From assembly GCA_963826525.1 (NCBI GenBank), contig CAWGXH010000004.1, positions 1 through 64,000 of the forward strand: a stretch of DNA of 64,000 bases. Reading direction: 5' to 3'. The position numbers and the translations under genes are program-made. Shown here piece after piece: positions 12,166 to 21,633 of this stretch. The first letter of the stretch is position 1, and each line of letters opens with the position of its first letter. This stretch comes from an uncultured Methanomicrobiaceae archaeon (lineage in GTDB: Archaea > Halobacteriota > Methanomicrobia > Methanomicrobiales > Methanoculleaceae). The notes below the pieces were generated by a model. The model made no database searches, was not told the DNA's origin, and saw only the letters and a list, made by a program, of their open reading frames with translations.

Positions 12166-12727
12166 TCAAATTCCCCCCGGTTCATCAATCGAGCTCCGGT
12201 TGTGTCAGATGAGGTCTGCATAGCATAAAATAATTGTTCTGATTGGCCGTTACGGACCGAAAATCGAGAGAACCGTGGGGGCGTGCGCTCCCCGTTCCGG
12301 AGTAGGCAGGCCTTGTTCCCGGTGCTCGGAGCGGCGGCGCTTCGGCGGGACGGTGACCCACCTGATCGTAGAGACGCTGCCGTCCGCAGAGCTGACAGAT
12401 CGGCCAGATACATATCCACCTCACCGGCACCCCCGGGCAGTGAAGAGCCCCATCAGAGAATTACGCCATTTTCATAGGCGGTTACCGGAGAGCAGGGCAG
12501 CCCGTTCCCCCCCGGAGTGCGGAGAAGACGCCTCCGGCACTCAAGCCCGCTAAACCTCTTTGAAAGACCCTTTTGCGCCCGGAGCATCCCCGGCCAATCC
12601 GCTCGAAAATTCGGGCGAAATCCTGGATTGCCGGTTATCCTGCTGGCTCTCCGGTTCAGGGAATAGTAAGGAACCAGGGAAAGTAATATAAAGGTGCCAG
12701 ACAATCCTGACGCCGAGGAGCGTCCCT

Positions 12728-13378
12728 GTGGATCTTGACTTGCACATTCACTCAAAGTACTCCTACGACTCTTTTGCAAGTCTTCATAGCATACTGAAAA
12801 CAGCACACAAGCGAGGGATTGAGGTCGTTTCGATCACCGACCATAACACGATGGCGGCATATGCACGCTCCGAGCTGAAGAAAGAGGCACGGCGCTACGG
12901 CATCACCGTTATTCCGGGGATGGAGATCCACACCGATCGCGGCGATCTCATCGGACTGTTCCTGGAGGAGGAGATTGCATCGCGGTCATTTCAGGAGGCC
13001 GCCCGGGAGATCCGGTTCCAGAACGGCATCCTCCTCCTCCCCCACCCCTACCGGAGACGCGGCGACCCCGCAGCGCTCGTGGCTGATGTCGACCTCGTCG
13101 AAGTGATCAACGGACGGTCGAGGATGGAAGGGAACAGCAGAGCGGAGGCACTCTGTGCCGCCGCAGGGAAGCAGCCGGTAACCGGCAGCGACGCCCATGC
13201 ATGCTTTGAGATCGGCAGGGTGGTAACCCGGATCGACGCGGACGGCAGCGATCCCGAAGACATCCGGAGGGCGCTCCTCTCTTCTCGGAGGAGATGCATC
13301 GGCAGTCCGCGGCAGTACTATCTCTCCCACGGCATGAGCCGCTGCATTGCGAGGGTAAAGCAACTGGTGAACGTATGA
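12728..13378 (+). CDS. PHP-domain phosphoesterase
   Basis: DLHIHSKYS, ITDHN, PGMEI, LPHPY and GSDAH. Confidence 0.88.
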   Translation: MDLDLHIHSKYSYDSFASLHSILKTAHKRGIEVVSITDHNTMAAYARSELKKEARRYGITVIPGMEIHTDRGDLIGLFLEEEIASRSFQEAAREIRFQNGILLLPHPYRRRGDPAALVADVDLVEVINGRSRMEGNSRAEALCAAAGKQPVTGSDAHACFEIGRVVTRIDADGSDPEDIRRALLSSRRRCIGSPRQYYLSHGMSRCIARVKQLVNV

Positions 13379-14607
13379 AGGTGTTTGTCACTGACGGAGG
13401 GGAACGGGCGAGTCTTGCAGTCGTGCGGTCGCTCGGTAGGAGAGGCGTCGAGGTTCACGCCGGGGAGCACTACCGGTTATCTGCCTCGTCGCTCTCAAAG
13501 TACGTGACAAAGAGCGTTGTTCATCCGAGTCCGCAGGAGGACTGCCACGCATACATCGACTGGATGGAAGACTTCCTTGCCCGGGAAAACTACGACGTAC
13601 TCTACGCAACACGGGAGATAAGCACCCTGCCGATCTCGTACTACAAAAAGCGGCTCGAGCAGTACACCCGGGTGCCGTTCCCGGACTATGATCGGATGAT
13701 ACTGACCCAGGATAAGGCAAAGACGTTCAGGCACGCGATAGAGGCGGGAGTTCCCATCCCGAAGACCTACTTTGTGGAGAGCATGGACGAACTCGAGGCT
13801 ATCGCGGAGGAGATCGAGTACCCCGTCGTCGTGAAGTCGCGCTCGAAGACGATGTGGAACGGCGGCAGGCCGTTCACCCTCAAAGTGCAGGCTGATAACT
13901 ATGTGAAAGATAGGAGCGGCCTCGCCGGGATCTCGGCGAAGATCCTCGAGAAGAGCGGAAAGATGCCGTTGATACAGGAGTATATTCCCGGCGAGGCCTA
14001 CGGCGTCGAGATGCTCCTGCACCACGGCGAACCGCGGGCGCTCTTCATGCACAAACGGCTCCGGGAGTACCCGATAACCGGCGGCGTCAGCACGATGCGG
14101 GAGAGCATCTACGACGAGAGGTTGAAAGAGCCTGCCGCCAGGCTGATGAAGCACCTGCGGTGGCACGGGGTGGCCATGGTGGAGTTCAAGGTGGATTCAC
14201 GCGACGGCATACCGAAGCTTATCGAGGTGAACGGCCGCTTCTGGGGTTCGCTCGCGCTCCCGGTCGCCGCAAAGGTCGACTTTCCCTACTACCTCCACCG
14301 GATGATCCTCGACGGCGACGTGCCCGCGAAGATCGACTACCCCACCGGCGTGCGATGCCGGTGGCTGATCTCCGGGGACCTGTTGTGGCTCACCTCCTCG
14401 CTGAAGACCGCACGGAGCAAGACGGCGGTGCTGCGCGAGTTCCTCCGATACCCCGATGCGTACGACGATATCCTCTCGCTCGACGACCCGCTCCCGATCC
14501 TCGGCGCGATGAACGGCAGTCTCCGTGGGCTCCAGTATACGGTACGGCGGATGATGGAGCGGAGCCGGACCGGAGCGATGGATACCCGGTGTGCGAAAGA
14601 TATCTGA
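13375..14607 (+). CDS. ATP-grasp carboxylate-amine ligase family protein
   Basis: DKAKT..A...GVPIPKT, YPVVVK, LIQEYIPG, MVEFK and LIEVNGRFWGS. Confidence 0.85.
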   Translation: MKVFVTDGGERASLAVVRSLGRRGVEVHAGEHYRLSASSLSKYVTKSVVHPSPQEDCHAYIDWMEDFLARENYDVLYATREISTLPISYYKKRLEQYTRVPFPDYDRMILTQDKAKTFRHAIEAGVPIPKTYFVESMDELEAIAEEIEYPVVVKSRSKTMWNGGRPFTLKVQADNYVKDRSGLAGISAKILEKSGKMPLIQEYIPGEAYGVEMLLHHGEPRALFMHKRLREYPITGGVSTMRESIYDERLKEPAARLMKHLRWHGVAMVEFKVDSRDGIPKLIEVNGRFWGSLALPVAAKVDFPYYLHRMILDGDVPAKIDYPTGVRCRWLISGDLLWLTSSLKTARSKTAVLREFLRYPDAYDDILSLDDPLPILGAMNGSLRGLQYTVRRMMERSRTGAMDTRCAKDI

Positions 14608-14677
14608 GAGCAGCACAGGCAGCAGAAAATAGGAGCGGGATCGGTCGTTCGATCCCGTCAGGGGGAGAGGCGGTTAT

Positions 14678-15604
14678 TTACTGCTTCCGGAACCAGGCCG
14701 CCGTCTCGGCGAGCCCTTCTTCGACTGTATACTGCGGGTCGTAGCCGAAGGCTTCACGGGCACGCGAGATATCGGCGAGCGAGTCCCTGATGTCGCCTGC
14801 CCGTAGCGGCTCGTAGACCGGCGTGACCCGGACACCGATGATCTCCATCAGGATGGCGGCGAGCTCGTTCAAACTGATCCTTCTGCCGCAGGCGATGTTG
14901 AAAACACCCTGCGCATCGCTCTCCATCGCTTTCATGTTCGCCTGCACGACGTCCCTGACGAACGTGAAGTCGCGGGTCTGCCCTCCGTCGCCGTAGATGG
15001 TCGGCGCCTCGCCCCGCTGCAGTTTCGTGATGAACTTCGGGATGACGGCGGCGTACTCGGACATGGGGTCCTGCCGGGGGCCAAAGACGTTGAAGTAACG
15101 CAGGAAGGCCGTCTGGATCCCGTAGAGCCCCGAGAAGACCTTGCCGTAGTACTCGTCCGTGAGCTTCGAGACCGCGTAGGGGGAGAGGGGGTTTGGCGGC
15201 ATGCCCTCGTGCTTCGGGAGAACGGGGGTGTCGCCGTAGACCGAGGACGACGATGCGGCGACGACTTTCCGGACGCCACAGTCCTTCGCCGCGACGAGGA
15301 CGTTGAGCGTCCCGGTCACGTTCGCCTCGTTCGAGGTTATGGGATCGTTCACCGACCGCGGGACGGAGGGGATCGCCGCCTGGTGGAAGATCCCGTCGGC
15401 ACCCGGGAAGAGGTCCATCAGGAGGGGCAGATCGGTGATGCTCCCCTCGACGAAGGTCACCCGCTCGTTGCCGGCGAAGTGCTCGGCGTTCTCGCGCCTT
15501 CCGGTGGATAGATTATCGATGATGACGACGTCGTGCTTCTCCGCAAGTGCATCCGCAAGATTCGACCCGATAAACCCTGAGCCGCCCGTAACGATGTATC
15601 GCAT
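14678..15604 (-). CDS. NAD-dependent sugar epimerase/dehydratase (WbpP/GalE-like SDR)
   Basis: TGGSGFIGS, SSSSVYG, YAVSK, RYFNVFGPRQ and GDGGQTRDF. Confidence 0.93.
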   Translation of the reverse strand: MRYIVTGGSGFIGSNLADALAEKHDVVIIDNLSTGRRENAEHFAGNERVTFVEGSITDLPLLMDLFPGADGIFHQAAIPSVPRSVNDPITSNEANVTGTLNVLVAAKDCGVRKVVAASSSSVYGDTPVLPKHEGMPPNPLSPYAVSKLTDEYYGKVFSGLYGIQTAFLRYFNVFGPRQDPMSEYAAVIPKFITKLQRGEAPTIYGDGGQTRDFTFVRDVVQANMKAMESDAQGVFNIACGRRISLNELAAILMEIIGVRVTPVYEPLRAGDIRDSLADISRAREAFGYDPQYTVEEGLAETAAWFRKQ

Positions 15605-15656
15605 ATCACACAGAATGGTCGTCCTTCCATTTCATTCTTACTCCCCGGAGGGGGGC

Positions 15657-15783
15657 GATAAACCGGATACTGCACTATGGGATCTCGCGCCCGTGCGGAG
15701 ATCGGCATCTCACCGGAGCCGCCGGGCACCCGGCGAGGGATCCGCCCGACGACCCCGATCGATATAGCAGCATCCGGTTTATC
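15657..15783. repeat. 127-bp cassette bounded by 17-bp inverted repeats
   Basis: GATAAACCGGATACTGC (15657-15673) and GCAGCATCCGGTTTATC (15767-15783) are 16/17 complementary; internal hairpins GATCTC/GAGATC and GCCGG/CCGGC. Confidence 0.75.
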
Positions 15784-15795
15784 CATCACGATCGA

Positions 15796-16717
15796 TCACT
15801 CGTCACGCTTCGTATCCGAGAGCGGGAAGAACTCCTGATAGACCCTTCTGCGCTCGTCGATATCCGTATGCAGGTAGATTTCGGTCGTTTTGATCGAGGT
15901 GTGCCCGAGGTTCTCCTGCACGACCCGGAGGTTCTTCGAGCGGCGGTAGAGCTCGCTCGCGTAGGAGTGCCGGAGTTTATGCGGCGTGATGCCGTCGGGA
16001 GCGTACTTCTTGAATATCCGCTGCACGGTGCGGGGCGAGAGGTGCTTTCCCTGCTGGCCGATGAAGAGCGGGCCGACGATCCGGTTGCCGATATACCGCT
16101 CGACCTCGGCGAGCGTCTCCTCGTCGATGAAGACGACCCGGATCTTATCGCCCTTCCCTTTGACGCGGATGGTGCGCTCATCGAAGTCGATATCCTCGAC
16201 GTTGATGGTGCAGAGCTCGGAGACACGGACGCCGGTGGCGTAGATGAGCCGCACGATGAGACGATCTTCGTCGTCCTCGATCGTCCGCATGAGGCGGATC
16301 ACCTGGCTGTGCTTTAAGTATTTGAGTTCCTGATTCTTGATGCGGGGTCGGTCGATGCCGAGCAGAGGGTTCGTCGTAACGGCGCCCTGCGCGTAGAGAT
16401 AGGAGTAAAACGACGAGAGCGTCGAGATCACCCGGTGCAGCGTCCGGGGCTGATACTCCTGCCGCTCGACGAGGTACGAGAGGAAGTCCGTGACCAGCGC
16501 CGGTGAGACCTCGACAGGCGCATCGAGCCGGGCGAGGGCAAAGTCCGCCTCGGAGAACGAGACGGCATCCCCGCCGGAGGAGCCCCGGAGCCAGACGTAC
16601 CTGCCGAACTGCCGGACGGTCTGGTCGTAGCTCATCGACCGTTTTCGGCGAGTAATTCCGCATCCGGAGGTAGTATGCGAAGCGATTGAGCCATTCCGAG
16701 AAAATACCGCAATCCAT
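15796..16717 (-). CDS. xerA: XerA-type tyrosine recombinase; one frameshift near 16630
   Basis: N-terminal YLRMRNYSPKT domain; catalytic R (TGVRVSEL), K (KGKGDK), HKLRH, LGH and TEIY; no flanking mobile-element genes. Confidence 0.85.
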
Positions 16718-16741
16718 CGTTTATTTAGTCTAATCTCTACG

Positions 16742-16750
16742 TAAATAAAT
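16742..16750 (-). promoter_or_regulatory. TATA box of xerA
   Basis: Minus-strand ATTTATTTA about 25 nt upstream of the ATG at 16717. Confidence 0.6.
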
Positions 16751-16778
16751 TTGTCGCAGAATATCTGTTCTGCGACAC
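16751..16778. other. Candidate dif-like Xer recombination/binding site (11-6-11)
   Basis: TTGTCGCAGAA-TATCTG-TTCTGCGACAC with 10/11 inverted arms; the inner arm CGCAGAA resembles the E. coli dif XerC arm CGCATAA. Confidence 0.65.
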
Positions 16779-18588
16779 TCGGTAACAGGACTCACCTGGC
16801 CAAGACCGAGAGAGGGCATCGAGTATCCGCGAGAGTGCGAGGATGCACGAGGAGGGCACGGAAAACCGATTATTTCCGGATTTGGAGGAGGAGAGAGCAG
16901 CAAATAAGAGAGCCCGGATCAGAAAAAGTATTGGATGGCCGTAACGGAGTTGATCGTGGTTCCGTTCATTGTTTAGGAGGTAACGGGGACGATGCCCCAC
17001 GGGATCCCGGGGATGGACCCCGAATAGAAGAAGGACGCTCCATATTAAAATCCCCCGCCGTGCAGGGCGAAACTGAACGGGCCGGCGAAACGTCATCCCG
17101 TCCGATGCGAGGCCCCCGTACCGCCCACATATAAATGACCCGTACAGATGCGTTTTGAGCGAGGACCGGGCGCATGCCCACATGATAACACCAGAAGACA
17201 GGAGATCTCCCGCCAGGAGCAGAATACGAGGGTGGCCTCAAAGGAGGGAGACGAGGGTGCCGGCACCCGCCTGCGACGGAAATGCACAGAGCGGCCGTCC
17301 CGGGGATCGACGAGGGATCCCGAGACCATGCGTCCGGATGCACTACCAGGGGAGCAGTAGGCCGGAGGAACTCTTGCAGTTCGCATGCGGAGAGAGGGCG
17401 GCCCGAAGGGTTTCACCGCCGAGGAGGGGCCCCGAGAAGCATCCCGTACACCGTGCCGCAGAAGATCTTCACCCATCGCCCTACCGGAAAACAGCAGATC
17501 TCCGAAGAGGAGAGCGTATGCATTCGCCATACAGGCACCGCGTTCTGTTGCACATAACGCACGAAAACGTAGCAAGCACCCGCACTCATTCCGGACGGCG
17601 GCAAAAGATCACCCTACCCACTCACCAAGGAGCCGCAAACCGCACCTACGAGCAATACACGATACCATTTTCGCCCACAATGCACCCTGGGGAAATAGTG
17701 CAGCTCCGAGGCCTGGCGCGACCGCATCCCTACCCGGCGAACCATCCCCGCACGGACCCGACGTAACCCGCAATCAGGCGGTAAACGCAAGAGAGTTCGA
17801 GTCCGGAGAGAGATTGCCATGCGGAACGGAGAATGACCCGGGAGAACTTTCATCGAGGGCACCTCAACCGATCATGAAAACATACAGTTGCAGACTCACC
17901 CGATGGAGATCGGATTCAACCCCTTCCACGATACCCGGCACCCCGGAGGCACCCCGGGCGGCGGATAAGCGCCGATCTTCCACATCCTCCGTCCACAAAA
18001 CGCATGCAGCCACCCGGGAGAGCCGGAGCGGGCAATCGCCATATGAGAGGAGAAGTCCCCCGTTCACCCCTTCGGAGATGCCGCAGTGAACCCGGAAACG
18101 AGAACGGAAAGTTCCGGGAAATGATCACACCGAGTTACGTATCTGCACGAGGGAGTCCACAATGACCGTGCCCGCCACAGGATTTCGTGCGGGGCCGCGC
18201 CCCCACACGTTGCAGATGAGGCCATGCTATCTTGCAGAATTATACCGGCGTGAGATCCCAGAAGTAGTGGCCTCCCGATGGGCGATGAACTCGAGAGAAC
18301 CGATCTTCTCTGCCCCTACTGGACGGAGCGGAGTTTTCCTGCAGCAAATCGGCCACCCCACCGCATTCAGGGCGGGCCGACCTGACGAATCCACCTATTT
18401 TCGCGTATCACAATCCGGCTGATAAGCCAGATCCCATACACAGACAGGCAGCCCGAAGTTTCCGAAAAGCCCCCGAAAACACCTGCTCGGCGGATCAGGG
18501 ACGGAGTTCGGAGCCCGAAAAACAGAATGCATAAACCATATACCGCTATATGTTGTACAGGGTTGAGGAGGCTCATGGTCGACCCATC

Positions 18589-18689
18589 GTGCAGGGGCTC
18601 CCGGCAGTCGAGAGCCGCACCTGTGCCCGCTCGTTCGGTCCCGCAGATCCGGATACACCGGAGAGTGCTCTACCAGGAGAGCGATGCGG
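18589..18689 (+). ncRNA. Putative structured 5' leader of the DUF5806-like gene
   Basis: Long hairpin GTGCAGG-GGCTC..GAGCC-CCTGTGC followed by a three-way junction CCGCA[TCCGG/CCGGA][GCTCT/AGAGC]TGCGG. Confidence 0.45.
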
Positions 18690-18749
18690 CGTAAAAGGGC
18701 AGAAAACCAGCAAGATTGAATACCATAACGTACCAAGAGGGTAAGCAAA

Positions 18750-19313
18750 ATGGAAGAACCTGCAGACCAGAAAGACCCGAAGAAGTATCAGAAATTCAAG
18801 AAAGTGGACGGTGCCACCTACCAGCGGGTAAACCAGTTCCTGCGAAAACACACCTATATCACTGCCCGGGAATGGGCGATCGCCCGGCTATGTGCGGATT
18901 TCAAATCGACGAGCGGATCGGAGATGACCTTCATCGGCGAGCACCTGCCGGAACTCTGCCCGTTCATGGTCGAGACCTACTCGCCGCAGGCGGTAAACCA
19001 GGCCAGAAGCGCATTCAAAAAGAAGGTTAAGAAGGCCGGTGCAACATTCTTCTACGGGGCGATGTGCGGATTCTTCACGGCCGACGAACTCGACGAGATC
19101 CTCTTTGAGGCAAGCGAAGTCGCACGGTTCCTCCTTGAGGTCGAAGGAACGTCGCTTGATATCGACGACGAGATCGATGTCGAGGATCGGATCACCGACG
19201 TGATGCGAGGCGTGGCCGAGGCCGCATCGGTCATCTTAAAGACCCGGAAGCAGCCCGGGGACTCGGACGAAGAGACCACAATCTCCGAACGTGACGAAGA
19301 GGATACTGTATGA
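18750..19313 (+). CDS. Conserved euryarchaeal protein (DUF5806-like)
   Basis: TYITAREWAIARLCADF, LPELCPFM..YSPQAVNQAR and GATFFYGAM, recognised from haloarchaeal/methanogen homologues. Confidence 0.8.
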   Translation: MEEPADQKDPKKYQKFKKVDGATYQRVNQFLRKHTYITAREWAIARLCADFKSTSGSEMTFIGEHLPELCPFMVETYSPQAVNQARSAFKKKVKKAGATFFYGAMCGFFTADELDEILFEASEVARFLLEVEGTSLDIDDEIDVEDRITDVMRGVAEAASVILKTRKQPGDSDEETTISERDEEDTV

Positions 19314-20078
19314 AGATCATCCATATTGTCGGCCTGTCGAATACCGGCAAGACCACCTTTGCCCGCGAGCTGATCGGCAGACTGAAAGAGCAGGGCAGCG
19401 TCGGTGCGGTCAAACACCTCGGCCACCACCCGTATGCCCTCGAGGAAGGAAAGGACACGACGGGATTCTATGAATCGGGGGCTGCTATATCCTGCGGCGT
19501 CGACGAAGAGAAGGCGGTCTCCGTAACCCGCGAGGCGGATCTCGAGCAGGTGCTCCGAACCTTCTGCGACGGCGGCAGTCGAGTACGCCATCGTCGAGGG
19601 ATTCAAAACGCGGCAGTTCCCGAAGATCGTCATGGGCGATCTCGCCGCCGAGAACGTCATCCTGCGAAACCCCGCCGTCGACGAGGTCATCTCGTCCCTC
19701 GACCGGTTCGAGGATTACTTCACGATCGAAGGACTCGTCCGGGAGCTCAGGCGGGAGTGCGACACCTCCCGTGCCGGCGCCATTCTCACCTTCAACGGCC
19801 TCGTCCGGGAGTGGACGGACGGTGAGAGAACCGAGTATATGGACTTCGACGACGAGATCGACGAAAAAATCAAGAGTATCAAAGCGGAGATGGAAGCTAT
19901 CGACGGTATCATCGGCGTCCGTTTCCACCACCGGAAGGGGAGACTGTATGCCGGAGAAGATATAACGTATCTTGCTATACTGACGGAGCGCCGGCAGGAA
20001 GCCTTCACCGCCGCGATCGCGGCGATCGACCGGCTGAAGCGCGAAGTTCACAATCCCGGGGAGATGAAAACAGCATGA
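19310..20078 (+). CDS. MobB-MoaE fusion (molybdopterin synthase catalytic subunit with N-terminal MobB P-loop domain); frameshift near 19575
   Basis: GLSNTGKTT and AVKH, then GAILTFNGLVRE, HHRKGRL and IDRLK. Confidence 0.85.
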
Positions 20079-21427
20079 GCAACCAGAAGCAACTATTCGG
20101 AACAAACGGCGTGCGAGGCGTGATCGGGGAGACGATGACCCCGGAGCTCGTCCTCAAGATCGGTGCAGCGCTCGGAACACTGCGGAAGGGACGGATCGCC
20201 GTCGGAAGAGATACGAGAACATCCGGTGAGGCACTCGTCCACGCCGTGAAGGCAGGGCTGCTGATGGTCGGGTGCGATGTGGTGGACCTCGGGGTGCTCC
20301 CGACCCCGGCACTGCAGTATATCGTCAGGCGGCACTTCGACGGCGGCGCCGTGATCACCGCCTCGCACAACCCGCCCGAGTACAACGGGGTGAAGATCAT
20401 CGATGCCGACGGCACCGAGATGAGCGATGAAGATACCATCGCGATCGAGAACCTGTACTTCGCAGGCTCGGCCGCTGCCTCGTCATGGGACCGGGTGGGA
20501 AGCGAGGTCGTAGCGCACCATATGGTCGAGGAGTATATACAGGGCATCGTCGATCACTTCCCGCCCGGAATCGGAGCCGGGATGACCGTGGTCGTCGACC
20601 CGGGGTCAGGCCCGGCCGCACTGACCACCCCGCTCATCCTCTCGCGGATGGGCTGCAGGGTGCATACTATTAATGCACAGATGGACGGCACCTTCCCGGG
20701 AAGGCTGCCGGAGCCGACCCCCGAAGGGCTGCAGGGTCTCTCGGAGATGGTGAAAAGCCTCGGTGCGGACTATGGGGTGGCGCACGACGGCGATGCCGAC
20801 CGGGCGGTCTTCGTCGACGATAACGGGCACTATGTCGAGGAGAACCACGAGTTTGCCCTGATCACAGACCATGTCTGCAAGCAGAGGAAGGGCGTCGTGG
20901 TCACCCCGGTCAGCACCTCCCGGATCATCGAGGACGTTGCCGGAGCGAACGGATGCAGTATCGAGTATACCCCCGTGGGGAGTATCTACGTCGCCCGGCG
21001 GATGCTCGGACTGATCGAGGACGGCGTGAGCGTCGCCTTCGGTGGCGAGGGGAACGGGGGATTGATCTACCCGGGCCACCAGTTCTGCCGCGACGGCGGG
21101 ATGACCGCTGCCATGATGGTGGCGGTACTGGCCTCCCGCCCGGGCGAGAAGCTCTCTACTGTGCTCGCCGGGCTTCCGGCATACCACTTCATCAAAGACA
21201 AACAGATGACGCCGGAGCCTGCGGCGATCGTCCGGGCGATCGATGCGGCTTTCGCTGACGATGTAAAGGATCGGACCGACGGCATCAAGATCATCAGGGA
21301 CGATGCCTGGGCACTCGTGCGGGCATCGGGCACCGAACCGATGGTCAGGATTATGGTCGAATCCCAGGACAAAGCAGTCGCAGAAACCTTATATCGCACT
21401 ATCCGACAGGTCCTCGGCACCGGGTGA
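20075..21427 (+). CDS. glmM: Phosphoglucosamine mutase / phosphohexomutase
   Basis: LFGTNGVRG, ITASHNPPEYNG, DGDADR, GGEGNGG and RASGTEP. Confidence 0.92.
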   Translation: MSNQKQLFGTNGVRGVIGETMTPELVLKIGAALGTLRKGRIAVGRDTRTSGEALVHAVKAGLLMVGCDVVDLGVLPTPALQYIVRRHFDGGAVITASHNPPEYNGVKIIDADGTEMSDEDTIAIENLYFAGSAAASSWDRVGSEVVAHHMVEEYIQGIVDHFPPGIGAGMTVVVDPGSGPAALTTPLILSRMGCRVHTINAQMDGTFPGRLPEPTPEGLQGLSEMVKSLGADYGVAHDGDADRAVFVDDNGHYVEENHEFALITDHVCKQRKGVVVTPVSTSRIIEDVAGANGCSIEYTPVGSIYVARRMLGLIEDGVSVAFGGEGNGGLIYPGHQFCRDGGMTAAMMVAVLASRPGEKLSTVLAGLPAYHFIKDKQMTPEPAAIVRAIDAAFADDVKDRTDGIKIIRDDAWALVRASGTEPMVRIMVESQDKAVAETLYRTIRQVLGTG

Positions 21428-21633
21428 CATGACCCTCTCCCTGGAAAGTTCACCCCATATTTAACCCTTGGATCGAGGAGAGTACCCACCCAGGCAACAA
21501 AACCCGTAATGGGAGCGATTCAACGAGATTTGTTCGTTTTCAATCAGAGAGCTTTATTGTGGTATGAGGATAACATTTTTATCAGATAGCGGACATCCAT
21601 GATACAGAACCTGGCGGGAGAGCGCTGATCAGA

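Noticed and set aside
15796-16717. Integrase of a provirus or integrative element
   Set aside because: No adjacent tRNA, att repeats, or replication, structural or conjugation genes. Size and motifs fit chromosomal XerA.
17093-18089. ORFs of 160-234 aa in the gene-free region
   Set aside because: Arg/Pro/Ser-rich, overlapping on both strands, with no motifs or host-like codon pattern; these are typical GC-rich spurious ORFs.
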